The position numbers and the translations under genes were made by a program. A model generated the notes under the pieces. The model was given only the letters and a program-made list of their open reading frames with translations. It ran no database searches and was not told the DNA's origin. This document shows, piece by piece, positions 19,723 through 30,382 of a stretch of DNA of 64,000 nt (the stretch's first letter is position 1; every line of letters begins with the position of its first letter). This DNA is from Candidatus Portnoybacteria bacterium RBG_13_40_8 (GTDB lineage: Bacteria > Patescibacteriota > Minisyncoccia > RBG-13-40-8-A), in assembly GCA_001819435.1 (NCBI GenBank), contig MHMT01000003.1:5797-69796 (forward strand), read 5' to 3'.

Positions 19723-20881
19723 CGTTAAATTTTTTCTGAATATAGAGATTTATATTACTAAGAATATCTACGATCTTTTTACTAGAATTTGGTTTATAAT
19801 AGATATCTGATGACGGATATGGTCCGTGCGAAATTTGTTTAAGAATGGCTTTTTTGATTTTTCTTCTGTCATAGTCAACATCAATAACATTTTCAGCTCT
19901 CATTCTGCCATCTTGTCTAGTGCCAATATTAACTACCGGGATTTTCAGATAAGAACATTCTTTTATACCGGCCGATGAATTACCCACCAAACAAGAAGTT
20001 TTTTTCAATAAACTAATAAATTCTTCAGGTAGCAAAAACTTAATAAAGAGAACACTTCTGTCAAGATTATGTTTCTCTCTGTAACGTCGTAACATTCCAG
20101 AAATTCTATCTGTTCCAGCATCAACGTTTGGCCAGAACCAGATCGTAGGAATATTCAGTTCTGATATTGATTTTATTGTTTCAATAATATTTTTTTCGTT
20201 CATCTCTATCTCGGTGGTAACGGGATGCTGTGTTACAATCAAAAAATTCTTATTAATATCAACCCTAGCTCCCAATCCCATATTATTAATTATTCTATTG
20301 GTAATTTTAAAATTATTTTTAGCAGCAATTTCCAACCCAGGGCAGCCAACATTAAAAACATAATCAGGTCTTTCTCCCATTTGAATAATTCTTTTCTTGG
20401 AATCTTCATTGGTAGCAAAATGAATATGAGCTAATTTCGTAATAGCATGCCTGACGCTTTCATCAATATTGCCGCTTACATCCCCGCCTTCAATGTGGGC
20501 TATTGGAATATTTAGGTAGGCAGCTGCTATGGCAGCAGAAAGCACTTCGTATCTATCGGCTCTTAATACAACAATGTCCGGCTTTAATTTCTCAAAAGTT
20601 GAGGTAAATTCAATTACACCCAAGCCCGCTGTTTTTGCCATGGATACATTGTTTCCTCCTTCTAGGGTTATAGAAACGACGGCACTAACATCCAATCCAT
20701 CGTGCTTTAACCATTTATCAACTTCACCGTATTTGCTAAGTATGGCAGAGCCGCCAATAACGATCTGTAAATCCACATCATCCCTTTTTTTCAATTTTAC
20801 TAAAATCAGTTTACTCCTGGCATAATGAATTGTGCTCGTTATAACAAAACAAATTTTTCTTTTTTTGGTTTGATTCATCAT
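19709..20881 (-). CDS. UDP-N-acetylglucosamine 2-epimerase (hydrolysing, NeuC-type)
   Basis: HIEGGD and ITKLAHIHF motifs. Paralog of the gene at 34414. Confidence 0.75.
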   Translation of the reverse strand: MMNQTKKRKICFVITSTIHYARSKLILVKLKKRDDVDLQIVIGGSAILSKYGEVDKWLKHDGLDVSAVVSITLEGGNNVSMAKTAGLGVIEFTSTFEKLKPDIVVLRADRYEVLSAAIAAAYLNIPIAHIEGGDVSGNIDESVRHAITKLAHIHFATNEDSKKRIIQMGERPDYVFNVGCPGLEIAAKNNFKITNRIINNMGLGARVDINKNFLIVTQHPVTTEIEMNEKNIIETIKSISELNIPTIWFWPNVDAGTDRISGMLRRYREKHNLDRSVLFIKFLLPEEFISLLKKTSCLVGNSSAGIKECSYLKIPVVNIGTRQDGRMRAENVIDVDYDRRKIKKAILKQISHGPYPSSDIYYKPNSSKKIVDILSNINLYIQKKFNDDNV

Positions 20882-20882
20882 A

Positions 20883-21995
20883 TTATTCTAAATATTCAAG
20901 CTTAATTGGATTATATTTATTTAAATCTTTTTTGGTTTTTTTACCAACGACGTCCCCGAACTTATCAGAGGGTAAACCATTAATATACTTTTTTGGTCGC
21001 ATGGCAAAAATCATCTCTTTAGTTATAACTGTACCAGCTGGTATGTTGGCTCCGGCTACCAATGACTTATTAAAATATGGCCTGAATTTATTATTGGCGC
21101 CTTCAAGTTCTTTTTCTTTTATTCCATAAAAAGTACTCTCGTCCATATTTTTATATTCATTATTGCGGATAGCGCTTACCATTTTTTTCATTTCTTCTGG
21201 TGTGATAGAAGCCTTATGATCGGGTCCCCATAAATCCCTTGAAAAAGAAAAATGCTTTTCAATAACCTTGGCGCCAAGTTTCACTGCCGACAACGAAGCA
21301 TTGGGACCCAAAGAATGATCGGAAAATCCAACAACTATATCCGGATATTTTTCTTTCAAATATTCTATGGTAGATAAATTAAAATCTTCGGCTGGGCAAG
21401 GATACTGACTGACGCAATATAAAACCGCAAGTGGCACTCCTTTGGACTGGATGTATTTTATAATTCTATCCAATTCGTCCAAGCTGACCATTCCGCTTGA
21501 AATAATAATCGGTTTACCTGTTTCAATCATATAATCAAGCATCACATAATCCTGTACATCGCCAGAGCCGACTTTCCAAAAAGGAACCTCAAGTGCATCC
21601 AATGTTACAGCTGCCTTACGACTCATGGGCGTAGAAAAGAAAATAATTCCTTTTTTGTCGCAATATTGTTTTAATGGTTTCCAAAATTCTTCAAAGGGGG
21701 TAGCATTGGTGTTTCTTTTAACCCAGGAATACCTATCGCTCTCCTTAAAATGTGGCGAGACGATATTAATGTTCATTTGTTCATCTTCAAGATTATGAGT
21801 TTGAAATTTTACCGCATCAGCCCCTGATTCCTTAGCTAATTTTATTAACTTTTTGGCGTTTTCTAAATATTCTTCTGTTTTTTTTTCTTCTTCTGACTGA
21901 ATAAAGTTCTTGCCGATTTCGGCAATAATAAAAACTCCTTTTTGAATTTTTCCCCAAATATATTCTTCGTTAAAATTATTTTTATTTTTATGCAT
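20883..21995 (-). CDS. NeuB-family nonulosonate synthase homolog (divergent)
   Basis: NeuB-fold motifs (AEIGKNF..., ADAVKFQTH, GFSDHS) plus a C-terminal SAF-like domain. The canonical N-H-N motif is replaced. Confidence 0.6.
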   Translation of the reverse strand: MHKNKNNFNEEYIWGKIQKGVFIIAEIGKNFIQSEEEKKTEEYLENAKKLIKLAKESGADAVKFQTHNLEDEQMNINIVSPHFKESDRYSWVKRNTNATPFEEFWKPLKQYCDKKGIIFFSTPMSRKAAVTLDALEVPFWKVGSGDVQDYVMLDYMIETGKPIIISSGMVSLDELDRIIKYIQSKGVPLAVLYCVSQYPCPAEDFNLSTIEYLKEKYPDIVVGFSDHSLGPNASLSAVKLGAKVIEKHFSFSRDLWGPDHKASITPEEMKKMVSAIRNNEYKNMDESTFYGIKEKELEGANNKFRPYFNKSLVAGANIPAGTVITKEMIFAMRPKKYINGLPSDKFGDVVGKKTKKDLNKYNPIKLEYLE

Positions 21996-22051
21996 AACTT
22001 TCTTTCGGTTGCCCTTGAAGACCAGTCGAAATTTTATTACTGGGTATAATT

Positions 22052-23488
22052 TTAATTATTATTTTTTTCTATTTCTAATAAAATTCCTTGAAGGATATTA
22101 TTTAGGCTTTCTTGTTTGGTGAGTTTAGAGGTTTTTTCAAGATCGGGACAGATATATCCATGGATGGTTGCGTTGTCAAAACATTTTAAATAATTGATAA
22201 TTTTTTGCTGGTTTACAACAAAACCACTTGCGATTTTTTTAAAAGCATTTTTGCATGATTCAACGTCTTTAACTTTAAATATTTCCGAGCAGTCCCTATA
22301 CCAGGGATAACCAAAAACCAAGCTTGGTTTCGACCTTAAAATTGCCTCCCATGCAGCTGTTCCGGTAACTGTAGCAACTGCCTGAGATTTATTAATTAAG
22401 GTATACGTATTAATTTCAACCGGGATTACTTGAACATTTTTTAATTCGGCTATTTTTTTGTAATAACCTTGATACCGGTAGTAGAAAAACCTTATTCCTC
22501 GACGAATCCATTGGATTGGATGCTCTTTTACATAAATAATCCAACCCGGAGGGAGCGAGGCGGATAAGGTTTCAATCATTAAAACTTGGTCAACAAATAC
22601 GTCTCCTTGAGGAGAGGTGGTGCATTCGGGTTGGACTTGAAGCGCTACATAAATAAATTTTTTATTAAAATCAGGTTCAATTTGAATGCTTTTATATTCT
22701 TTTTTAAGGTTTTGTTCAAGTCTGCTGTTTATGCTTTGCATTATTAGTTTTAAAAGAGATTCTTCTTTAAGGTATTTTTTCAGTCGTTTTAATCTGTGCA
22801 CCAATGAATTAGATTTAGAATATCGATTCCTTATTATGTCCATGGATACTATTGTCCCGTTTGGCGCAGAGTTACGGTTAGGGTCTGTTTGTAATTTGTA
22901 GTATTCTTGTAGGTCATTACTTAAATCTTTTAAGGAAAAATTTTTATCCTGATTTTTTTTAAGCTCTTTATGTAAATTATCGCTTCCTTGCCAAAAATCA
23001 GTATAAATTAATGTTCTGTCAGTGGTTTCTGCGTCTTCAAGCACAATTGTTTTGATATTTAATAAGTGTCCTAATTCATAAACAAGATAACTACTAATAT
23101 CGTGCGGAATGGTTTGATTAATAATTATATCCGGTTTGTATTTTTTGAGGACACCGTACCAGTATTGCAGCATATTATAATATAAATGTTTGCGTTCATC
23201 TGTTTGCAGCTTGCCAGTTTTAGCCCTGTTCATCATTGTTAAAATTAAGGATTCGACTTTGTGTAATCGCTCAATCAAATCCTTTCCCGGTGGTAGAAAT
23301 CCAGACATATCAATGCCCTTGGCTGGTATTCCAGATAGGGCATCCAAAAGATTATGGAAAATAGTTTCCGAGGGTTTATATTTTTCTCCCCTGTTAGCCA
23401 GCCAGTAAACAATCTTATTTGATTGTCCCTTTAATGTTGAAAGGATTATTTCTGGATCTGAGCTGTTCCATGTTAAAAATATTTTCAT
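22052..23488 (-). CDS. hypothetical protein, polysaccharide-biosynthesis context
   Basis: No confident family assignment. Possibly a TagF/capsule-synthesis-like transferase. Confidence 0.25.
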   Translation of the reverse strand: MKIFLTWNSSDPEIILSTLKGQSNKIVYWLANRGEKYKPSETIFHNLLDALSGIPAKGIDMSGFLPPGKDLIERLHKVESLILTMMNRAKTGKLQTDERKHLYYNMLQYWYGVLKKYKPDIIINQTIPHDISSYLVYELGHLLNIKTIVLEDAETTDRTLIYTDFWQGSDNLHKELKKNQDKNFSLKDLSNDLQEYYKLQTDPNRNSAPNGTIVSMDIIRNRYSKSNSLVHRLKRLKKYLKEESLLKLIMQSINSRLEQNLKKEYKSIQIEPDFNKKFIYVALQVQPECTTSPQGDVFVDQVLMIETLSASLPPGWIIYVKEHPIQWIRRGIRFFYYRYQGYYKKIAELKNVQVIPVEINTYTLINKSQAVATVTGTAAWEAILRSKPSLVFGYPWYRDCSEIFKVKDVESCKNAFKKIASGFVVNQQKIINYLKCFDNATIHGYICPDLEKTSKLTKQESLNNILQGILLEIEKNNN

Positions 23489-23500
23489 ATACGTTCTTAT

Positions 23501-25330
23501 TTATTTTCTAATATTATAAATCTTATAAAAATAAGATTTTTTATCTTTTAATAATTCACCTGGTATACCTTGTTCAATAATTTTACCTTTTTCTAATATT
23601 AACAACTTATCGCAATTAATTACAGTGGATAATCTATGGGCAATCGCTAAAACTGTAATTTTACCCTTAAGATTTTCGATTATTTTCTGGATTCGTATTT
23701 CTGATTCGTTATCAAGAGCGCTGGTTGCTTCATCTAATATTAGAAATTCTGGATTTCTGGCCAGAATTCTGGCTATAACGATTCTTTGTCGCTGGCCGGC
23801 CGACAAGAATATTCCTCTTTCTCCAATAATAGTAGAAAATTTCTTTGGTAGGGTTTGTATAAAATCATATATATTAGCCTTTTTTGCTGATTGTTCTATT
23901 TCTTCTTTATTAATAGTATCATCATAAAACCTAATATTATTAGTAATAGTATCATTTATCAAAAATATGTCTTGGGGAATATAACCAATATTTTTTCTCC
24001 ATTGTTTTATATCAATTTTTGAAATATTCTTTCCATTCATTAAAATTTCACCCTTACTAAGAGGGAATAGCCGTAAAATTAAATCAACAATAGTAGTTTT
24101 CCCGACCCCAGAGGGGCCGATTAAACCGACCATTTCTCCTTTTTTAATATTAAAACTTAGATTGTTTAAAATTATTGCACTTCTATTATAGGAGAAATTT
24201 ACATTTTTAAGTTCTAAATCATTATCAAACTTGAAATGACCTGAGCCCTTGATTTTTTCTCTATTTTTGTCAACCTCTTTTTCAAAGATTAATACATCCT
24301 CCAAATGGGGGACTAATTCATTTGCCGTGTGCAGTCCTTGTTGCAGATCTTGAATATATTGAAAGATTTTATAGATTAGATATGTTATTGGAATAAAGGC
24401 GGCAAAACTGAAATTCGGAGATTTATATGCGAATAAGAATACAATGCAAACAAAAATTAAACTAGTTGGTTGAAAAAAAAGGTGGGCGCAGTTTTTTAAT
24501 AAGAAAATTTTTACTTTAATTTTTTTTAGTTTGTTAAAATATTTTTTTCCAATTTCAATAATTTTATCGTTAACAAACATCGTTTTTACTGTTTTTATTC
24601 CTATAATATTTTCATTAACAAAATGAGCAACCTGCTTATTTGTGGTGGCTACTTTTTGAGCAGCTATTCTTGTTCTATACATCAGGGGTTTAAAAGAAAA
24701 GAACAGAATACTCCCCATGACAAGAGCAAATAGTGTGATACGGGATGAAATATTGATTGCTACTGTTGTATAAATTATTAGACCCGTTAATGTCATTACG
24801 GCCGCGCTAATGGTATTTAAAAGGCTCGTACTATTTGCTATATCCACTTTTAAAATAGTCTCTAAATAGCCCAATTTTTGTTTTATTAGATAGGACCAAT
24901 TAGCGTTTATGGTTTTGCTGAACAAATTATTTCTGGTTTGTTCTTCATAATTTGCGCTAATTTTAATTCTAATATAGTTGCAAAAAACTAAAGCGATGGC
25001 TTTGAAAACAAATAATAAAACAATAAAGACAAGTAAATATTTTAAACTGAAATCAATATTAAAATACAAAAAAGCTTTTTCAATGGTTTGAGATATTATA
25101 TCAGCCTCGCCAAGCCCTTCTTCTGTGGCAAGAGAAATTACGGGAATTGCAGCATTAATTCCAATGCCTTCTAATGTACCAGTTACAAATCCTAATATTA
25201 TTAAAAGGAAAATTTGTAACTTGTATCTACCAAAAGCTTGTTTTGATAATTTTGTTATTGTTGTTAATCTATTTTTTGACATAATGTCTCGCACCCCTGA
25301 AATTAATTTTTTCTTTAAAGTATAAATCAT
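23501..25330 (-). CDS. ABC transporter, fused permease-ATPase (MsbA/PglK-like exporter; candidate lipid-linked glycan flippase)
   Basis: Six-TM N-terminal half; Walker A GPSGVGKTT, signature LSAGQRQRIVIARIL, Walker B ILDEATSALD. The true start is probably internal (MSKNRL) to avoid overlap. Confidence 0.8.
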   Translation of the reverse strand: MIYTLKKKLISGVRDIMSKNRLTTITKLSKQAFGRYKLQIFLLIILGFVTGTLEGIGINAAIPVISLATEEGLGEADIISQTIEKAFLYFNIDFSLKYLLVFIVLLFVFKAIALVFCNYIRIKISANYEEQTRNNLFSKTINANWSYLIKQKLGYLETILKVDIANSTSLLNTISAAVMTLTGLIIYTTVAINISSRITLFALVMGSILFFSFKPLMYRTRIAAQKVATTNKQVAHFVNENIIGIKTVKTMFVNDKIIEIGKKYFNKLKKIKVKIFLLKNCAHLFFQPTSLIFVCIVFLFAYKSPNFSFAAFIPITYLIYKIFQYIQDLQQGLHTANELVPHLEDVLIFEKEVDKNREKIKGSGHFKFDNDLELKNVNFSYNRSAIILNNLSFNIKKGEMVGLIGPSGVGKTTIVDLILRLFPLSKGEILMNGKNISKIDIKQWRKNIGYIPQDIFLINDTITNNIRFYDDTINKEEIEQSAKKANIYDFIQTLPKKFSTIIGERGIFLSAGQRQRIVIARILARNPEFLILDEATSALDNESEIRIQKIIENLKGKITVLAIAHRLSTVINCDKLLILEKGKIIEQGIPGELLKDKKSYFYKIYNIRK

Positions 25331-26693
25331 AAAAGCTCTTTATTAATCTGTTGGCATTATTCATATCTTTTGTCGTGTGCATAAAATGATCAGTTATTAA
25401 TTCTTTATTTGCTTCGTATAATAATTTATAAAATTTTTCTTTCGGAATATCGGTGAAGTTGACGGTTAACAAATCCGAATTCTTGAACTTATTGAAGAAA
25501 TCTTCTGGTCCGGACAATAAACCTCTGTCTATTGCTTCGTAATATAGGTCGCTTCCGGGATAAGGAGTTACGGGTCTAATTGTTCTGATTTGATCGTATA
25601 AATTATATTTTTTGATTAGTTTTACATTATTCTTCAAGGATTCTTCGGTATCTCCTTTATTGCCCCAAATAAAATTTAATCCGAGTCCCACTCCCGCTTT
25701 GTTTGTGATCTCTGCGGCCATTATATTTTGTTCAACTCTAGTGTTTTTATTCATCAAATCCAACACCCTTTGGTCTGAAGATTCCATTCCAAAATTAATA
25801 AATTGACAGCCGGATTCTTTTAAGCTGTTAACGATTTCCTCGTCAAAAATATCTACCCTTGCATTACATGAAAATTTGATTTTAAGATTATTTTTTTTTA
25901 AAGCGTCCCGAAATTCAAAAATCCTCTTTTTTGAAAAAACGAATAATTCATCACCCATGAGAAAATAATTGACACCATATTTACTGTTTAAAAGCAGAAT
26001 TTCTTTTATGACATTTTTTACGCTTCGAAACCGTATTCCTTTTTCCATCCTGTAGCAAAAATTACATCTGTTAATACATCCTCTGCCAGTTAGAATGTCT
26101 AACGTTTTATCATCTTTGGTTCCCCTGAATAGTTTTAGGCAGGTAGTATATTTATCCATTGGGAATAGCGACCAGTCTGGAAAAGGAATGGAATCTAAAT
26201 CTCTGATAGGTTCTCTTCTTTCATTAATTATTATCTTTCCATTTTTACGATAAGCAATGCCTTTTACCTTAGAAAGATCCGAACCATTTATTTTACATTT
26301 TAACAAATCAACAATGGTTTCTTCTGCCTCTCCTATTGCAATAATATCTGCTTTAGTTTCTTTCAGCACATATCCGGGTATAGGAGATGGTCCGGGGCCG
26401 CCCAAAACTAACCAGGCATTTTTTTTGTATTTATTTATTGTGTTGCAGAGTCCAAGCACAGTTTCCTTGAATCTTGCCGCCAAAAAACCAACGCCAATCA
26501 AATCGTAGTCTTCATTTTTCAAAAAAAGATTAGCCAGTTCTTCATTTGAATAATGGAAAACATCTTGACAACATATCCCTACATTAAATCCTTCTTTTTT
26601 AAGCACGGCAGCCATATACGCATATCCCAGTGGTAAATAGTTGTCTTCTTGATATATGTCGTGAACAATTAATAATACCTTTCCTTCTCGCAT
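25269..26693 (-). CDS. B12-binding-domain radical SAM enzyme (candidate Fom3-like C-methyltransferase)
   Basis: GRGCINRCNFCY motif, FGMESS motif, and an N-terminal B12-like domain. Immediately adjacent to the phosphonate genes. Confidence 0.7.
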   Translation of the reverse strand: MREGKVLLIVHDIYQEDNYLPLGYAYMAAVLKKEGFNVGICCQDVFHYSNEELANLFLKNEDYDLIGVGFLAARFKETVLGLCNTINKYKKNAWLVLGGPGPSPIPGYVLKETKADIIAIGEAEETIVDLLKCKINGSDLSKVKGIAYRKNGKIIINERREPIRDLDSIPFPDWSLFPMDKYTTCLKLFRGTKDDKTLDILTGRGCINRCNFCYRMEKGIRFRSVKNVIKEILLLNSKYGVNYFLMGDELFVFSKKRIFEFRDALKKNNLKIKFSCNARVDIFDEEIVNSLKESGCQFINFGMESSDQRVLDLMNKNTRVEQNIMAAEITNKAGVGLGLNFIWGNKGDTEESLKNNVKLIKKYNLYDQIRTIRPVTPYPGSDLYYEAIDRGLLSGPEDFFNKFKNSDLLTVNFTDIPKEKFYKLLYEANKELITDHFMHTTKDMNNANRLIKSFYDLYFKEKINFRGARHYVKK

Positions 26694-26732
26694 AATTTAA
26701 TTAGATTACCGTTACTATATTAATATTGATGA

Positions 26733-27896
26733 TTAATAAATCTTTTCTAATAATTTTCTTAAAATTTTCTTTGTTACAAAACGAGGATTATTAGCCACTT
26801 TATTTGAAGTAAGGCCATGTTTAATTATTGTTTCAACATCAGTAATCCCGACCTTACTTAATGAAGTTTCTAATCCGATTGATTTCATAACGCCATTGAT
26901 TTTATTACAGGCTTCATTAACAGTATTGCAACCGAGATTTTTGACAACTTCCATAATTTTCTTTTTTACAAATTCCGGACCTCTTTTATCATTACAGTCC
27001 TTACCCGTCACGTCATAGTTGTATTTTAAAAACATTGATAAGGTTAAAGCGCAGGCATGTCCGTGAGGAATATTAAAAAAGGCAGTCATTGGATAAGAGA
27101 CAGAATGTACGGCCGTAGTAGCGGTCTGACTGAAGGCTTGACCGGTTTCAATAGTAGCTAGCATCATTTGTTCACGATAAAATAATTCTTTTGGTTTTTT
27201 GACTGCGTTTTCTAAATTATTAATAGCTAATGACATGCCTTGAGCTGCATGAATATCAGAAAATGGAGTTGAATGAATTGACCAATAAGCCTCTGTAGCT
27301 TGAGATAGAACATCCAGTCCTGTACAGGCCGTGAGGAAAGGGGGCATACTTAAAGTTAATCTCGGATCACATATGGCCGCCAAAGGAAACATCAATGGAG
27401 AACTAAGGGAGTATTTTATTTTATTTTCTCCCCAAATTGTTGCCCAAGGAGTAACTTCGCTGCCAGTTCCTGCTGTTGTGGGAATTGCTATAAAAGAAAT
27501 TCCTTTTTTATTTAATTTTCTTTTTTTTGTAAGAAAATCAATCAAGGTCCCCTTATTATTAGCAAGTATTGCTGCAGATTTTGCTGTATCTAAAACACTA
27601 CCTCCCCCTATAGCAATAATTAAATCAGTTCCGAAGTCTCTAATTAAATGTCTTACATTTTCTATTTGGGTTACATTTGGTTTTGGGGGAATTTTACTAA
27701 AAACTTTGATTTTTATTTTTGGAAAAGAGTCTTTTACCTTTTTAAATGTTTTGTCTTTCAAAACATGTTTACCTACAACTAAATAAACCCTTTCCCCTTT
27801 TGTTTCTAAAATATCGGGTAGGTATTTTAAAATTCCTGAACCAAAATATATTTTTGTGGGAAGATAATATTTATTAAATTTTTTTAATTTGAGCAC
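26733..27896 (-). CDS. iron-containing alcohol dehydrogenase (candidate phosphonoacetaldehyde reductase, FomC/PhpC-like)
   Basis: GGGSVLDTAK signature of group III Fe-ADHs. Gene context. Confidence 0.7.
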   Translation of the reverse strand: MLKLKKFNKYYLPTKIYFGSGILKYLPDILETKGERVYLVVGKHVLKDKTFKKVKDSFPKIKIKVFSKIPPKPNVTQIENVRHLIRDFGTDLIIAIGGGSVLDTAKSAAILANNKGTLIDFLTKKRKLNKKGISFIAIPTTAGTGSEVTPWATIWGENKIKYSLSSPLMFPLAAICDPRLTLSMPPFLTACTGLDVLSQATEAYWSIHSTPFSDIHAAQGMSLAINNLENAVKKPKELFYREQMMLATIETGQAFSQTATTAVHSVSYPMTAFFNIPHGHACALTLSMFLKYNYDVTGKDCNDKRGPEFVKKKIMEVVKNLGCNTVNEACNKINGVMKSIGLETSLSKVGITDVETIIKHGLTSNKVANNPRFVTKKILRKLLEKIY

Positions 27897-27906
27897 GAAC
27901 GGTTCT

Positions 27907-29034
27907 CTATTTATTTTGAAGAAATTTCATAAATGCGATTTTGTTTTCTTGGGGTGTTTTGGTCGGTCTTCCTAAATTCTTTCTTGAGCCTCTTTTTATT
28001 TTTACAATCAGCATACTAGGACATTTTTGAAATTTTATTGTTTTAACAAAATTAACTAATTCTTTTTGCGTCGTTGCAATTTTAGCGCTTTTATATCCGC
28101 AAGCTAATGCAATTCTACTGAAATCAGCAGAATTAGAAACAGTTTTTTGGCCGCCGGTTGAATCGTAAGTATTATTGTCGAAAATTATATGAAAGAGATT
28201 CTTGGGCAAGAAATGACCTATGGTAGCCAATGTGCCCATTTTCATTAAGACAGAGCCGTCGCCATCAAAAATAAAAATTTTTTTTCTGGGCTTGGTCAAG
28301 GCAATGCCCAGGGCAATACCAGCAGAACAGCCCATTGAGCCAACTACATAAAAATCAGTACGATGGTTTTGTTTTTTTATTTCTCTGCATTCAAATAATT
28401 CTCTTGAGGTTTTGCCGGTTGTAGAGATTATTGCTTCATCACCTTTTAGATTAGCAAGTATGATCTTAATGGCTTCTTCTCTTGTTAATGAATAAATGTT
28501 TTTTTCTTCTGCCTTAGATTGGCAGGATTCTATTGTTTCTTTTTTGACGATGATAGCGTAGGGTGAGCCGTTTTTTTTCAAGTATAGTTTGGCTTTTTCA
28601 ATTTCTTTTGCTGCCTTTACCTGATCTGGGGGAAGAAAGCTAAAGGGGATGCTTAAGGTTTTTAGCAATTTTAAAGTGATTCTGCCCATTTTAATGTGTT
28701 GCGGTTCGTCTTTTTTCCCTGGTTCGCCACGCCAGGAAATTAAAAGCAAAGCCGGAATACCATAAATAGCTTTATCCAATAATGAGGTTAGGGGATTGAT
28801 GGAATTTCCCAAGCCGGAATTTTGCATATAAACCATCGGAATTTTTTTGGTAGCTAAATAATAACCAGAAGCAATGGCGCACGCTTCACCTTCGCTGGTA
28901 GCAGGAACATGATTAAGTTTGCCAGTATCATTTATATAAATCAAAAAATCCTTAAATATACTGCAAGGAACTCCCGTAACGAAAGTTAAATCTTTCTTTA
29001 TTAATAAACTGATTAATTCATTGTTTTTAAGCAT
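27907..29034 (-). CDS. ppd: phosphonopyruvate decarboxylase (thiamine-diphosphate dependent)
   Basis: TPP-enzyme N-terminal and C-terminal halves with a GDGS Mg/TPP-binding motif. About 375 aa, typical for Ppd. Directly downstream of pepM. Confidence 0.75.
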   Translation of the reverse strand: MLKNNELISLLIKKDLTFVTGVPCSIFKDFLIYINDTGKLNHVPATSEGEACAIASGYYLATKKIPMVYMQNSGLGNSINPLTSLLDKAIYGIPALLLISWRGEPGKKDEPQHIKMGRITLKLLKTLSIPFSFLPPDQVKAAKEIEKAKLYLKKNGSPYAIIVKKETIESCQSKAEEKNIYSLTREEAIKIILANLKGDEAIISTTGKTSRELFECREIKKQNHRTDFYVVGSMGCSAGIALGIALTKPRKKIFIFDGDGSVLMKMGTLATIGHFLPKNLFHIIFDNNTYDSTGGQKTVSNSADFSRIALACGYKSAKIATTQKELVNFVKTIKFQKCPSMLIVKIKRGSRKNLGRPTKTPQENKIAFMKFLQNK

Positions 29035-29035
29035 A

Positions 29036-30382
29036 TTATTCTATGGTTGGAATTAGTTCTAGAATTTCTTTAATAGACAGACAAAACTTATCTGCTTCAT
29101 GGGCTCTATTGTGTTTTAATATTAATTTTGCTGTTTTTACCATAGCAGGATAAGCGCTCCTTAACAGCTGATTTGCATATATTACAATTCTGACTCCTGC
29201 TTTGATTAATTCTTTTTCCGTTATTTGGTTGTATGTTGAAGGCACAACCACAAGAGGAACTTTATATTTAAATTTCTTATATTCTTTGCAAAATTCGAGT
29301 ATTTCCTTCGGGTCTTTTTCTTTACTATGTATCATTATGCCGTCAGCCCCTGCATTTATGTAGGCTTTTGCTCGTTTAAGGGCATCTTTTAGCCCTGCTT
29401 TTAAAATCAAGCTCTCAATTCTAGCTATAATCATAAAATCATCTGTCACTTGAGCTCTTTTACCCGCAGAAATTTTATTACAAAAACCCTTTATAGTATC
29501 TTGGGCTTGTTTAACGCCTGTTCCAAAAAGAGAATTTCTTTTAGCGCCGATTTTATCTTCTATAATAACGGCGGAAACACCAAGCCTTTCAAGAGATTTA
29601 ACCGTAAACATAAAATGCTCAGGCAGTCCTCCGCTGTCTGCGTCAACAATCATTGGCTTGGTTGTTACCTCTAATATTTGTTCAATTGTTTGGATTCTGG
29701 ATGTAATGTCTACTGCGGCTATATCTGGCTTGCCTTTTGATATTGAATCAGTTAAACTGCTTTCCCACATACCATCGAATTCACGAACTTTTCCGTTTTT
29801 ATTGATCTTTGTTTTTTCAACTATGAGTCCGGTTAGTCCATTATGAACTTCCATAATTCTCACTAATGGCTTAAGCTCCAATAACCTCCTAAGCATTTTT
29901 AATCTGTAAGCAGGAGTAACCCCTACTGCAACTACAGAACTAATAAGTTGTGTTGATGATATTCCTGGAACAAATTTGCGTTCAACTAATTTACCATGCC
30001 ATTCTTTAAGCGCTTGAATAACTCTTTTTCTTGTTTCTCGTTGAATACCTGTTTTCCAATCATCTCCGTGAACAACATAATCTGGCTTGATTTTTCTCAA
30101 ATTCGGAACATAATCTAGGGTTGTCTGGGCTACTATATTCTTTACTCCTGCAATATTCTCCACTATTTTTTTTCTTTGCTCATATGTCAAAAACGGCACC
30201 CTTTTATAACTAGCTATGGCTTTATCTGTTAGTAAGCCAACCACTACATCTCCTAATTCTTTTGCTTTTATTATGGTATTTATATGCTCCGTATGAATAA
30301 GGTCAGCGCACATTCCTATATATACTATCTTTGGTTTTTTTTGTTTATGTTTCATATTACTTATTTTTTTACTTATTTTCAA
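29036..30382 (-). CDS. pepM: bifunctional cytidylyltransferase / phosphoenolpyruvate phosphomutase (Fom1-like)
   Basis: N-terminal domain: [11 protein letters not shown] is a cytidylyltransferase H-x-x-H-type motif. C-terminal domain: [16 protein letters not shown] is the PEP-mutase EDK(x5)NS signature. Confidence 0.8.
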   Translation of the reverse strand: MKISKKISNMKHKQKKPKIVYIGMCADLIHTEHINTIIKAKELGDVVVGLLTDKAIASYKRVPFLTYEQRKKIVENIAGVKNIVAQTTLDYVPNLRKIKPDYVVHGDDWKTGIQRETRKRVIQALKEWHGKLVERKFVPGISSTQLISSVVAVGVTPAYRLKMLRRLLELKPLVRIMEVHNGLTGLIVEKTKINKNGKVREFDGMWESSLTDSISKGKPDIAAVDITSRIQTIEQILEVTTKPMIVDADSGGLPEHFMFTVKSLERLGVSAVIIEDKIGAKRNSLFGTGVKQAQDTIKGFCNKISAGKRAQVTDDFMIIARIESLILKAGLKDALKRAKAYINAGADGIMIHSKEKDPKEILEFCKEYKKFKYKVPLVVVPSTYNQITEKELIKAGVRIVIYANQLLRSAYPAMVKTAKLILKHNRAHEADKFCLSIKEILELIPTIE